DNA of 64,000 nt, taken from the NCBI GenBank assembly GCA_003601775.1, contig PIYN01000002.1:203-64202 (forward strand), written 5' to 3'. This document shows positions 18,658 to 27,948 of the stretch, piece by piece. The translations under genes were made by a program, and so were the position numbers. Under the pieces are notes generated by a model that saw only the letters and a list, made by a program, of their open reading frames with translations, searched no databases and was not told where the DNA came from. Within the stretch, counting starts at the first letter, position 1, and every line of letters starts with the position of its first letter. The DNA is from Candidatus Bathyarchaeota archaeon (GTDB lineage Archaea > Thermoproteota > Bathyarchaeia > TCS64 > PIYN01).

Positions 18658-19644
18658 TCACAGTTCGGGGAGGAGGGGTCTCCCTCTCCTTTTCTTGCTC
18701 CAGGATAGGAAGAAGATCAGGCATCCGGGGAGGAGTAGGAGTCCAAGCGTGGTCAGGTAGGTGTAGTAGAGGGGGGTCTCGCCTGAGAGGAACCAAATTA
18801 TGGGGACTGTCCCGCTCGGCTTGTACCACCACCTATTCGGCGTTATCCCCGTGAGGCGGTATATGAGGTCGCTCCCCACGGGCAGGACGATGAGCGTGAA
18901 GTGGTACAGCCAGAGCATGAGGGAGTCGTCCTCGTCCCTTATGCCAAGAGGAAGGAGGAGATCGCAGGCATACCAGCAGAGGAGAGCGACGACGTCGACG
19001 AGGACCCAAAGGCCCTTGAGGAAGTAGAAGAGGAGACAGGGAAGAGAGGAGAGGAGGAGAAGAGTGAGAGTCATATAGGAGAGATCCTTCCTCCACTTCT
19101 CCTCGCCTGAGGGAATCAAAGCCCCTTCACCCCTCTCTGGTGGTACTATGTAATCTATGAAGAGGACCAAACAGACCAGGGCGATGATGGTGACGATGCC
19201 CCCTGAGGTCCTCTCGAAGAGGGAGAAGTAACCGACGAGAGGGACCCTCCCATAGACCCTCCCGACGATATTCCACTCTGGGACCTCCCACCAATCTGGG
19301 GCCACGTTATTATCCCCCTTCGTTTTAAAGTAAATGGCGCCATCCCTCGGGATCCTCCCCACAGCCCTGTGGACGATATACTCATTTAGGGAGCCGGGCT
19401 TGAGGAAGACGATTATATCGCCCCTGGGACCCACCTCTATGCTATTTACATCTTCCACACCCCGGACGAGGATGTAGTCCCCCACCCCGAGGGTGGGCTC
19501 CATGCTCTCGGAGACCACAACCATGATGGGATATCTCGTCCCCATCAGAGCCCTGAGGACATAGAAGCCCCCAAAGGTGCCGAGAAATAGTAATACATAC
19601 AATAAGACGAGTTTCAGGGATACGCCCGCCCTGCTCTCCTCCAT
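18658..19644 (-). CDS. signal peptidase I (archaeal Sec11/S26B type) with a long C-terminal multi-TM extension
   Basis: Catalytic Ser motif SESMEPT, the conserved GDNN box, and about 180 aa of additional TM helices. The ATG at 19644 is preferred. Confidence 0.6.
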   Translation of the reverse strand: MEESRAGVSLKLVLLYVLLFLGTFGGFYVLRALMGTRYPIMVVVSESMEPTLGVGDYILVRGVEDVNSIEVGPRGDIIVFLKPGSLNEYIVHRAVGRIPRDGAIYFKTKGDNNVAPDWWEVPEWNIVGRVYGRVPLVGYFSLFERTSGGIVTIIALVCLVLFIDYIVPPERGEGALIPSGEEKWRKDLSYMTLTLLLLSSLPCLLFYFLKGLWVLVDVVALLCWYACDLLLPLGIRDEDDSLMLWLYHFTLIVLPVGSDLIYRLTGITPNRWWYKPSGTVPIIWFLSGETPLYYTYLTTLGLLLLPGCLIFFLSWSKKRRGRPLLPEL

Positions 19645-19706
19645 CCCCAAGTCAAGTACTAAAGATGTTTTGAGGAAATATTTAAGAGGAAACCTCCAAA
19701 TTCGAG

Positions 19707-20075
19707 TTAGGGGCTTCTCATTCCATCCCTCTTTGCCAGTAGGAGTATCCACTCCGTGAGTCTCTCACAGGAGATGGGGGAGACGGTCCCCCCCTCATAG
19801 CATTTATCTATATCATCGCATAGCAGGCAGGGGCAATCAGCGATCGATCGGAGGGAGACGTTCTTCCTCTTTGAAATAAGCCTGTAGGTCCAACGTCCCT
19901 TATATAACGCCCTCTCCCTCCTGATCAACCCCCTCCTCTCAAACCTGAGGGAGAGGCGTGACCCCTCCCTGCTGTTGATCCCGAGCCTCTTCCATAACTC
20001 GCTCTGAAAGATGCCTTCTTCACCTGCCTCGATGATCATCCTCAACGCCCGACCCTCGAGATCGTCTTTAGACAC
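19707..20075 (-). CDS. putative winged-helix DNA-binding protein with a C-terminal Cys cluster
   Basis: 122 aa. Helix-turn-helix-like region (IFQSELWKRLGINSREGSRLSLRFERRGLIRR) and a CPCLLCDDIDKC cysteine cluster. Confidence 0.3.
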   Translation of the reverse strand: MSKDDLEGRALRMIIEAGEEGIFQSELWKRLGINSREGSRLSLRFERRGLIRRERALYKGRWTYRLISKRKNVSLRSIADCPCLLCDDIDKCYEGGTVSPISCERLTEWILLLAKRDGMRSP

Positions 20076-20141
20076 GATCCTACACTCTCCGGTAACCCAT
20101 TATAGACATGACGGGAGGGGCACTATCGGGGACACTGCCGG

Positions 20142-20702
20142 CTATTCGTAGTAGATGAGGCCCTCCTCCTCGAGCATCTTGTGGAGTTTCTCAACGGCTT
20201 CCCTGACCATCTGCTCGTTCTTCGCCCCTGTGCAGACGAGTTTTCCGCTGGCGAAGAGGAGCATTACAACCTTGGGGTCCTCCATGCGGTAGATGAGGCC
20301 GGGGAACTGTTCAGGCTCGTACATCACGTTCTCCATCCTGCGGACCGCCTCCTCAAGGTCTATGGAGCCGCCGAGGTTCGCGGAGGCCACTATGTTCTGG
20401 ATGACGATCTTCGGCTTCGAGAGGATGATGATGCCGTTGTTCTGCAGCTCCCTCACGACCTTCTTCACCGCGCTCCTCGCCTGCTGCTCCGACTTGGACC
20501 CCGTGCAGACCATCTTCCCCGAGGCGAAGATGAGGGTCGCCGTCTTCGGGCGCTTCAACCTGAAGACAAGGCCGGGGAACTGCTTAGGGCGGTACTCCAC
20601 GTTCCGGAAGACCTTCATAATCGCCGAGAGGTCGATCTTCTGGTCCAGAGTCGCCGAGGCGACGACGTTCTCGATGTTTATGACGACCTTCCTCTTAGGC
20701 AT
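20142..20702 (-). CDS. tbp: TATA-box binding protein
   Basis: Two TBP direct repeats. Motifs: IENVVASATLDQKIDL, ATLIFASGKMVCTG, VMLLFASGKLVCTGAK. Start at MPKRK. Confidence 0.85.
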   Translation of the reverse strand: MPKRKVVINIENVVASATLDQKIDLSAIMKVFRNVEYRPKQFPGLVFRLKRPKTATLIFASGKMVCTGSKSEQQARSAVKKVVRELQNNGIIILSKPKIVIQNIVASANLGGSIDLEEAVRRMENVMYEPEQFPGLIYRMEDPKVVMLLFASGKLVCTGAKNEQMVREAVEKLHKMLEEEGLIYYE

Positions 20703-21042
20703 CCTCACCCCACTCCTGCAGGCTATTGACCGTCTCCACAAGTTCCTTCGAGAGGAGATCCTGATTCACGATCTCTATGATGGGGATGGAGTTCAAGTTC
20801 GGATCCGTCCTGACCCTCTCGCTGAAGCTCACCTCCCCCGAGAGGGTGTTATAGATGATGTACCTACCATCGACCTTCTCCTTCAACTTCACAAAGTAGA
20901 GGAAGACCTCGCTCAGGGTACCGCCTATAATGAAGTACAGGTGCCCCTCCTTCAGGGGAAGGTGCTGCACCACCCCTATGGAGGCAGCGGAGGAGACGAG
21001 CATAGCCAGATCCTTCAGGTCCTTGAGTTGAATATACTTCAT
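20695..21042 (-). CDS. small roadblock/LC7-like protein (tentative)
   Basis: 115 aa with an alpha-beta pattern resembling the MglB/roadblock fold. There is no sequence-level certainty. Confidence 0.3.
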   Translation of the reverse strand: MKYIQLKDLKDLAMLVSSAASIGVVQHLPLKEGHLYFIIGGTLSEVFLYFVKLKEKVDGRYIIYNTLSGEVSFSERVRTDPNLNSIPIIEIVNQDLLSKELVETVNSLQEWGEDA

Positions 21043-21136
21043 CCCTTACACACTCTTTATAAAGTAGAGGATGGAGACTTAAAAACCTTAAATAGGTGGA
21101 GGGGGGAAGAATTTATCTCCGGAACGGGGGATCGCC

Positions 21137-21613
21137 TTGAGTTGGTCCAGCATCTCGATCGCACCCTATGTCCCTTCTCCACTTGAGGTCATCAAGCAGA
21201 TGCTAACTTTGGCCGATTTGAAGCCCGGGGAGAAGTTATATGACTTGGGGTGCGGCGACGGTCGAATCCTGATCATGGCAGCCCAGGAGTTCGGCGCCGA
21301 GGCCGTCGGGGTCGAGTTGAACCTGAGCCTCGTGAGGGAGGGGCGTGAGAAGGTCTCAAGCCTCGGCCTCGAGGAGAAGGTCAAGATTATTCATGGAAAC
21401 CTCTTCGACATCGATGTGAGCCCCGCGGATGTGGTCACCCTCTACCTCACCACGAGTGCGAATGAGAAGGTGAAGCCGAAGCTGGAGAAGGAGCTGAGAC
21501 CGGGGGCCCGCGTCGTCTCCCATGACTTCATGATACCCGGGTGGAAACCCGTTAAGACAGTGAGGTTCCGGGAGAACTATAGGACCCACACTATCTACCT
21601 GTACATCAGATAA
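21137..21613 (+). CDS. class I SAM-dependent methyltransferase
   Basis: Motif I LYDLGCGDGRILIMAA followed by an acidic post-I residue (VELN). Confidence 0.55.
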   Translation: MSWSSISIAPYVPSPLEVIKQMLTLADLKPGEKLYDLGCGDGRILIMAAQEFGAEAVGVELNLSLVREGREKVSSLGLEEKVKIIHGNLFDIDVSPADVVTLYLTTSANEKVKPKLEKELRPGARVVSHDFMIPGWKPVKTVRFRENYRTHTIYLYIR

Positions 21614-22321
21614 TCAATTCTCTTCCATCGTCGCTAAGACACGGGGCAGCTCGAGGACCGTATCGATGACGTAGTCTGGTGGATAATCGAGGTCCTGGAC
21701 CTTCCCTTCCCTCTCCCCTCTCACCCAGACGGCTGTCATACCGACGCTCTTCGCCCCCTTGATATCCTCCTCCAGTGAATCTCCGACGAAGACCGCCTTC
21801 CTTGGAGAGGCCCCAATCCGATCGAGGACGTACCTAAAGGCCCTCGCATCGGGCTTCCTTATCCCCAGATCCCTGGAGCAGACGATGACCTCGAAGAGGC
21901 CTCCAAGTCCCTGAGCCATAAGGAAGCGTCGAGGTATATCGCTCATGGTATTAGATAGGACGGCGAGCCTATATCTCCCTGATAAACGTCTGAGAAGGTC
22001 CTCTACTCCCGGGATCAGGGCCACAGTGAAGTTCCTCCTGTACACCTCATAGAGATGGCCTAAGATCTCCTCCTCAACAGGGATCTTCAGCCTCCTCAGA
22101 ACCTCCCCGTAGACATCCTCGAAGGATAACTCCCTCCACCTCGCCCTCGTCCTCCCCAGACGACCGAGGGCTGCCCTCTGAGAGGCCCTCAGATCCGCCC
22201 GGGAGACCCTGTACCCGAGGCTACTCAGGCACTCTAATAGATCTGCTTCAAAGGACGCCACCTCGAGTCCTCCCTCCGCGAGAGTGCCGCCGAAGTCGAA
22301 GATCACCGCCTGGATGCCCAT
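21614..22321 (-). CDS. HAD-superfamily hydrolase
   Basis: Motif I VIFDFGGTL and downstream HAD motifs (SNT..., GDS..D). Confidence 0.65.
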   Translation of the reverse strand: MGIQAVIFDFGGTLAEGGLEVASFEADLLECLSSLGYRVSRADLRASQRAALGRLGRTRARWRELSFEDVYGEVLRRLKIPVEEEILGHLYEVYRRNFTVALIPGVEDLLRRLSGRYRLAVLSNTMSDIPRRFLMAQGLGGLFEVIVCSRDLGIRKPDARAFRYVLDRIGASPRKAVFVGDSLEEDIKGAKSVGMTAVWVRGEREGKVQDLDYPPDYVIDTVLELPRVLATMEEN

Positions 22322-22382
22322 CGAGGGAGGTAAGGGGTGATTTAATATTTATGTTGCGGGGAGAAGGAGATCGGGACGTGAA

Positions 22383-22817
22383 TTGAGGGGCGTCTACTGC
22401 CTTATTGTCTCAGTTTTATGCGACATAAACCTCCGGGTGGGCGCCCTCGGAGTGAGGAAGTTCCCGGCGGGCAAGTACATCTACGTGGGATCGGCGCTGA
22501 ACGGCCTTGAGGCACGGATCGGTCGGCACCTCCGAACAGATAGTCAGGGGGTCAGGAGCAGGCCCCACTGGCACATAGATTACCTCCTCCTGAGCAAGGA
22601 TACGAGAATAGAGGAGGTCTGGGTTAAGGAGTGTGAGGAGAAGGAAGAGTGTTGGGTCGCCGAGGAGGTCTCAAGGCACGGAGACCCCATCAAGGGCTTC
22701 GGCTGCAGCGACTGTAACTGCGTCAGCCACCTCTTCAGAGTTGAGGACATCGATTTCCTAAGGAAACTGGGGCTCAGGCCCTGGAGAAAGATTTATGATT
22801 CCGGTCTCACCCCATAA
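22383..22817 (+). CDS. DUF123-family GIY-YIG-like nuclease-superfamily protein
   Basis: GVYCLIV...GKYIYVGSALNGLEARIGRHL matches the DUF123/Uri-like pattern. A C-terminal Cys cluster (CSDCNC) is present. Confidence 0.55.
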   Translation: MRGVYCLIVSVLCDINLRVGALGVRKFPAGKYIYVGSALNGLEARIGRHLRTDSQGVRSRPHWHIDYLLLSKDTRIEEVWVKECEEKEECWVAEEVSRHGDPIKGFGCSDCNCVSHLFRVEDIDFLRKLGLRPWRKIYDSGLTP

Positions 22818-22825
22818 TCGATTAG

Positions 22826-23083
22826 GTGAAAGGGTTGAGCATCTCCTCCATCCTCTTCGCAGCCGGCCTCCTGGCGATCATAGCCGGCTTCCTAATCATC
22901 TTGGTGAGCGTCTTCTCCATGGGGAGGAGGGAGGGAGAGGCGAGAGGCTTCGGCATACTCTTCATAGGTCCCATCCCCATAGTATTCGGCTCGGGGAGGG
23001 GGCGGATGAGGGTCCTGACCCTCCTCTCCATCGCCCTCCTCGTCCTCCTCCTATTCTTCTTCCTACCCCATCTATCCAGATGA
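22826..23083 (+). CDS. small membrane protein
   Basis: 85 aa. Two TM helices flank an RREGEARGFG loop. Confidence 0.3.
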   Translation: MKGLSISSILFAAGLLAIIAGFLIILVSVFSMGRREGEARGFGILFIGPIPIVFGSGRGRMRVLTLLSIALLVLLLFFFLPHLSR

Positions 23084-23095
23084 GGGGACGGGGCG

Positions 23096-23482
23096 GTGAA
23101 GTGCGAGATCTGTGGACGGGAAGGGGCGGAGTATATCTGCCGCGTCTGTAACCGTGTGGTCTGTAGGCGCTGCTACCTACCAGAAGAAGGCCTCTGTCTC
23201 CAGTGCGCCAGGAGACAGCGCCTGCTCAGCAGCCCCCTCGGCAACCCCTTTGGACTGATGAAGGTTGGGATGCTCTTGGTCTTCGTGGGGTTCTTCCTCA
23301 TCTTCCTCGCATCCATCCTATCCCTCCAGTCAGGGGGCTGGACGATCATCCTCTTCCCCTTCATCTTCACCAGCGGCGGGGGGTGGTTAGTGGCGATTAT
23401 AATGCTCATCTTCTTCCTCCTCATGATCCTCCCCTGGTTCCTGGGGATGAGATGGTCGGAGGGATGGGAAGCCGAGGAGTAG
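23096..23482 (+). CDS. membrane-anchored double zinc-ribbon (B-box-like) protein
   Basis: CEICG...CRVCNRVVCRRC...CLQC cysteine array followed by three TM helices. Confidence 0.4.
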   Translation: MKCEICGREGAEYICRVCNRVVCRRCYLPEEGLCLQCARRQRLLSSPLGNPFGLMKVGMLLVFVGFFLIFLASILSLQSGGWTIILFPFIFTSGGGWLVAIIMLIFFLLMILPWFLGMRWSEGWEAEE

Positions 23483-23529
23483 ACAGGAACTTTCGAAGGG
23501 TTTAAAGGTGAGGAAGTGACCACGATCTA

Positions 23530-24087
23530 ATGGGTATAACCCGAAGGGGGTTGATAGCGATATCCGGGATCCTCTTCTCACTCATCTTAGCGGGGTTGAC
23601 TCTGAAGATTATGAGAGATCTGATGGTAGGCGGGTTCGGGCTTAGGGAGATCGCCCCAGGGAGCTGGAGGGGCTACATCAGGGAGGGTCGGTACAACGTC
23701 GAGGTCCACATAAAGCGACGGGGGGACGAGGTGCTCTTCCTCCTACCAGATAAGTCGATCCCCGAGGAGATCTGCAAGAAGGTCGTGAGGCGCCTCTCGG
23801 CGAAGCTCTACGCCCTACTCCATAAGACGGAGATGCCCCCTGACCGCGTGGAGATCGTGGGTCCGGCGAACTCCTTCTGCTACTACTGCCTGGAGCCCGT
23901 CTACATGCCCTTCCGATGCAATAGGTGCGGCGGCTACTTCTGCGCGGAACACCGCCTACCGGAGAAGCATAACTGCCCAGGAGACGAAGAGAGAAGGGCA
24001 GTCGCCCCAGTCAGGAGGCCGGATAAAGGGGAGAAGGCGGAGAAGAAGAGGAAGAAACTCTTCGTCAAGGCCATCGCGTGCGGATAA
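23530..24087 (+). CDS. membrane-anchored AN1-type zinc-finger protein
   Basis: N-terminal TM helix and a C-terminal AN1 signature (CYYC...[22 protein letters not shown]). Confidence 0.55.
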   Translation: MGITRRGLIAISGILFSLILAGLTLKIMRDLMVGGFGLREIAPGSWRGYIREGRYNVEVHIKRRGDEVLFLLPDKSIPEEICKKVVRRLSAKLYALLHKTEMPPDRVEIVGPANSFCYYCLEPVYMPFRCNRCGGYFCAEHRLPEKHNCPGDEERRAVAPVRRPDKGEKAEKKRKKLFVKAIACG

Positions 24088-24182
24088 AAGAGGGGCTAAG
24101 AACTTCAGCAAGTTAGGTTCCTTTTGAAGAAGGATACAAACCTTTTTAGATTGATCCGGAGAACCTTCTAAGGGACTCGGCG

Positions 24183-24842
24183 ATGTCGATGGACCTTGGT
24201 CTATATGATGAGAGGCTGAGGGGAGTTCACCTGATCCAGGGGATTGGGCTGAGCTCCAACATCTACGTGATCGGGAGGAGGATGGTGACACTCATCGATA
24301 CGGGCGTAGGGAATAGGCCTAATGCCGTGTGGCCGAGGCTCAGAGCCCTGGGCATCGGCCCGGAGGACCTGGCGCAGGTTGTGATCACCCATGCCCACCA
24401 CGACCATGTAGGGGGGATCTTCCAGATATTGGAGTTGGCCTCGCCCAAGGTCTTCCTCCATCCGATGGATGCCCGGTATATCGCCGGCTACCTGGGGCCC
24501 AACCTCGTGAGGGTGGAGGATGGGGATGTCGTGGAGACGGAGATCGCGCCGCTTGAGGTGATCCATACGCCAGGTCACACGGCTGGGGGCATCTGCCTCT
24601 ACGCCAAAGAGAAGCGCCTCCTCTTCTCCGGCGACACGGTCTTCCCCGAAGGTCTCTACGGCGCCTATCAGGGGGAGAGCGGTAGCCTTGAGGAGATGGT
24701 GAACTCCCTGAGGCGCCTCACGGAGTTGGATGTGGATATCCTCCTCGCTGGCCATGGAGAACCCCTCTTCCATGGAGGAAGAGACCATATAAGGCTCGCC
24801 TACAAGAAGGCCCTGAGGAGATACGAATCTCTTAGGCGTTAG
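24183..24842 (+). CDS. MBL-fold metallo-hydrolase
   Basis: HxHxDH motif (ITHAHHDHVGG) and downstream His/Asp ligands. Confidence 0.65.
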   Translation: MSMDLGLYDERLRGVHLIQGIGLSSNIYVIGRRMVTLIDTGVGNRPNAVWPRLRALGIGPEDLAQVVITHAHHDHVGGIFQILELASPKVFLHPMDARYIAGYLGPNLVRVEDGDVVETEIAPLEVIHTPGHTAGGICLYAKEKRLLFSGDTVFPEGLYGAYQGESGSLEEMVNSLRRLTELDVDILLAGHGEPLFHGGRDHIRLAYKKALRRYESLRR

Positions 24843-24922
24843 TGGACCACCTAAAGGGGAGAGAGTTCTTATATAGACCCTCCCCAATCCATGGAATTGT
24901 GTAAGGATGGAGGCCGTGATTC

Positions 24923-25954
24923 ATGAAGATTATAGACCTCAGGAGTGATACAGTCACGCTCCCCACGAGGGAGATGCTGGAGTCCATCCTGACGGCGCCC
25001 CTCGGCGACGATGGATGGCGGGACGACCCGACGGTCATCAAACTCGAGGAGCTGGCGGCTGAGAAGATGGGGAAGGAGGCAGCGCTCCTCGTCCCCAGCG
25101 GGACCCAGGGGAATGCCGTCTCGATCCTGGCGCAGACGGAGAGGGGAGGGGAGATCATCCTCGGGGCACGCTCCCACATCTACAACATAGAAGGGGGACA
25201 CTACTCGCTCATCGGGGGGCTGGTTCCCAGACCCCTCCGGGATGACGATGGATGCATGAACCCCCACGAAGTGGAGGCGGCCATAAGGCCCAGGCGTCCA
25301 GGCTTCCCCGGGACCTCCCTCATCTGCATAGAGAACACCCATAACGCAGCGGGGGGGATCGCCCTCTCCCCGGAGCAGACGAAGGCGATCTGGGACGTGG
25401 CCCAGGACCACGGCATCCCCATGCACACCGACGGCGCAAGGATCTTCAACGCCGCAGTGTACCACGGCATAGACGTGCGGGAGCTGACGAGGTACACGGA
25501 CTCGGTGATGTTCTGCCTCTCCAAGGGACTGAGCGCCCCCATCGGCTCGCTGGTCTGTGGGACGGAGGAGTTCATCGAGAGGGCGAGGAATATCAGGAGG
25601 ATACTCGGCGGCACCATGCGTCAGGCTGGGGTCATCGCAGCACCCGGGATCATCGCCCTGACGAAGATGGTCGACCGGCTGAAGGAGGACCACGAGACGG
25701 CCAGGATGCTGGCGGAGGGGTTGAAGAGGTTTGAGGGGATCAAGATCCTGAACCCCGTCCAGACGAACATGGTCTACATCGATATCCGTGGAACAGGGAT
25801 GACGGGGTACGAGCTGAGCCAGAGGCTGGCCCCCTTCGGAATAAAGATAGGTGGGAGGAGGGGGACGGTCATCAGATTAGTGACCCATAGGGGCATAGAG
25901 AAGGAGGATATCACCTACTTCCTCGAGTGCCTGGAGAAGATCCTCTCGAAGTGA
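24923..25954 (+). CDS. ltaE: low-specificity L-threonine aldolase (PLP-dependent beta-eliminating lyase family)
   Basis: Canonical start IDLRSDTVTLPT, SGTQGN, and a PLP-lysine region (LSKGLSAPIGS). Confidence 0.7.
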   Translation: MKIIDLRSDTVTLPTREMLESILTAPLGDDGWRDDPTVIKLEELAAEKMGKEAALLVPSGTQGNAVSILAQTERGGEIILGARSHIYNIEGGHYSLIGGLVPRPLRDDDGCMNPHEVEAAIRPRRPGFPGTSLICIENTHNAAGGIALSPEQTKAIWDVAQDHGIPMHTDGARIFNAAVYHGIDVRELTRYTDSVMFCLSKGLSAPIGSLVCGTEEFIERARNIRRILGGTMRQAGVIAAPGIIALTKMVDRLKEDHETARMLAEGLKRFEGIKILNPVQTNMVYIDIRGTGMTGYELSQRLAPFGIKIGGRRGTVIRLVTHRGIEKEDITYFLECLEKILSK

Positions 25955-25974
25955 GAAACCCCTTTTATCCCTTT

Positions 25975-26601
25975 CTATTTTTTCGTCCGTAGGAGGATGG
26001 CCTCATACTCCTCCTCCGTGATGATATCGAAGTTGTGAAGGGTCTCGGCCGCCTCGGTGATGGTCATCAGAGAGTGCACCCGCACCCCCTCCTCCTTCAA
26101 GCGCCTGACCCCTCCCTCCTCCCTGTCCACGAGGACGACAGCCTCCTCAACGACGGCCCCCTCATGGCGGAGAGCCTTCACCGCATAACTCAGGCTCCTA
26201 CCCGTCGTGATCACGTCGTCCACGGGCAGGACCCGGTCTCCTGGCATAAGGATCCCCTCGACCCTCCTCTCCCTCCCATGCTCCTCCCCCTCCCTACGTA
26301 TCAGGACGAGGGGCTTCCTGAGGGTGAAGCTGAGGCAGGAGGCGAGGGGCAGCGCGCTGAGGGGTATCCCCCCTATCCTCTCGAAGGAGGCCAGGCCAAT
26401 CTCCTCCTCAACGAGGCGCTGGTAGATGGAGCAGATCTTCTGGAAGACCTCGGGAAAACTCGGGACGATCCTCAGGTTAATGTAGTAGGGGCTCAGGGCC
26501 CCGCTGGGGAGGGTGAAGGTCCCAAACTTGAGCGCCCCTATCTTTATGAGGACCTTGCAAAGCCACTCCTTCAGAGCCCCCTTCTCGGCCTTCCAAACCA
26601 A
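25975..26601 (-). CDS. pyrE: orotate phosphoribosyltransferase
   Basis: Type I PRTase PRPP-binding motif (VLPVDDVITTGRS) and a PyrE-like N-terminal hood (FGTFTLPSGALSPYYINL). Confidence 0.6.
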   Translation of the reverse strand: MVWKAEKGALKEWLCKVLIKIGALKFGTFTLPSGALSPYYINLRIVPSFPEVFQKICSIYQRLVEEEIGLASFERIGGIPLSALPLASCLSFTLRKPLVLIRREGEEHGRERRVEGILMPGDRVLPVDDVITTGRSLSYAVKALRHEGAVVEEAVVLVDREEGGVRRLKEEGVRVHSLMTITEAAETLHNFDIITEEEYEAILLRTKK

Positions 26602-26706
26602 ACTCTACGCCCATCTTACCACTCCCTCCCGCTCTTTATAACCTTTTGGCAGGAGAAACCTCCGACAGGGAAATAAGAGAGCGGGTGTAAGGAGAGTCTG
26701 GTCGAG

Positions 26707-27948
26707 ATGGTCGAGTGCTGGCTACCCTACGGCAGGACAGAGGTCCACGTCGCCGTGCCGATAAGGAACCTACTGGGGATCGCGGAGATCGAGGCAAAGG
26801 CAGCCGAGGACCCCGAGGCGGAGATATTGGGCTCCATTCAGAACCCCATAGGCACCCCGAGGTTGATGGAGGTCAGCGGCAAGGGCAAGAGGGCCGCCGT
26901 GGCCCTCGACGGGGACCTCCCCTCCACCCACATGGGTTTCATCGCGGAACAGGTGGTAGGGGAGCTCTCCAAGGCCGGCGTCGAGGATATCTCCGTCATC
27001 ATCTCCCCCGGGGCCGTCGGGACCGTCAGAAGTGACCTGTGGGAACAGCTCAGGTCCTTGGAGAAACTCAGGGTCAGGGTTATCCAGCATAGTTGGACCC
27101 AGGGAGAGGCGGTGACCGTGGGGAAGACCTCTGGAGGGACCCGAGTCTCCCTGAACAGGGAGTTCGTGGAGGCGGATATCAGGGTCGTCATAGGGGAGGT
27201 GAAGCCTGATCCAGTTGCCGGGTATAGTGGGGGGAGCGCGATCCTCTTCCCGGGCCTCTCCTTGGAGAGGGATATCTGGTCGTGCCTGAGGAGGTCCTTC
27301 GACGTGGAGAGACTCTCAACATTGAAGGGGAACCCGGTCCATGAGGATTCTATGGAGGCGGCTGAACTCCTCGGCGTAGACTTCTCCGTCAACATCGTCT
27401 CGGACCCGAGGGGACGGCTGATGAGGGTCTTCTCAGGAGATTTGGGAAGGAGTTGGAGGGAAGCCATGGAGGTCGCGGAGGAGACCTACACGGTCTCCGT
27501 GGGGAAGAGGGCGGATCTCATCGTGGTCAGCGCCGGTGGATACCCCTATGACAGGACCCTCTATCGTGCGACCATGACCCTTGAGCACCTCCTGGCCCTC
27601 GGGAGGCGGGAGAGCAAGGTCATCCTCCTCGCGGAGTGCCTGGAGGGCCCTGGAGACCCCCACTTCCGCAGGTATATGGCAGAGTATAGAGATCTGAGAG
27701 AGATGAAGCGAGAGTTGAGGAAGAGATATGTCCTCGGGGGGGAGAGGGCCTACCGACTAAGAGAGGTGCTGGAGGATCACCAACTCACCCTCGTCTCGAT
27801 ACTACCGGATAACATCCTGAGAACCCTTAACATTAAGGCGAGGAGGACCGCGACCGACGCCCTGAGATACGCCACTCGTGGATCCTTAGAGGATGAGAAG
27901 GTGATCGTCATACCCTTCGGCTGCGTAACAGTTCCGGCAAGGGCTTAG
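26707..27948 (+). CDS. LarA-like (lactate racemase / DUF2088 family) nickel-pincer-dependent enzyme homolog
   Basis: 413 aa with the LarA N-terminal domain architecture. The His/Lys-rich catalytic region is plausible. No larBCE genes are in the window. Confidence 0.5.
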   Translation: MVECWLPYGRTEVHVAVPIRNLLGIAEIEAKAAEDPEAEILGSIQNPIGTPRLMEVSGKGKRAAVALDGDLPSTHMGFIAEQVVGELSKAGVEDISVIISPGAVGTVRSDLWEQLRSLEKLRVRVIQHSWTQGEAVTVGKTSGGTRVSLNREFVEADIRVVIGEVKPDPVAGYSGGSAILFPGLSLERDIWSCLRRSFDVERLSTLKGNPVHEDSMEAAELLGVDFSVNIVSDPRGRLMRVFSGDLGRSWREAMEVAEETYTVSVGKRADLIVVSAGGYPYDRTLYRATMTLEHLLALGRRESKVILLAECLEGPGDPHFRRYMAEYRDLREMKRELRKRYVLGGERAYRLREVLEDHQLTLVSILPDNILRTLNIKARRTATDALRYATRGSLEDEKVIVIPFGCVTVPARA

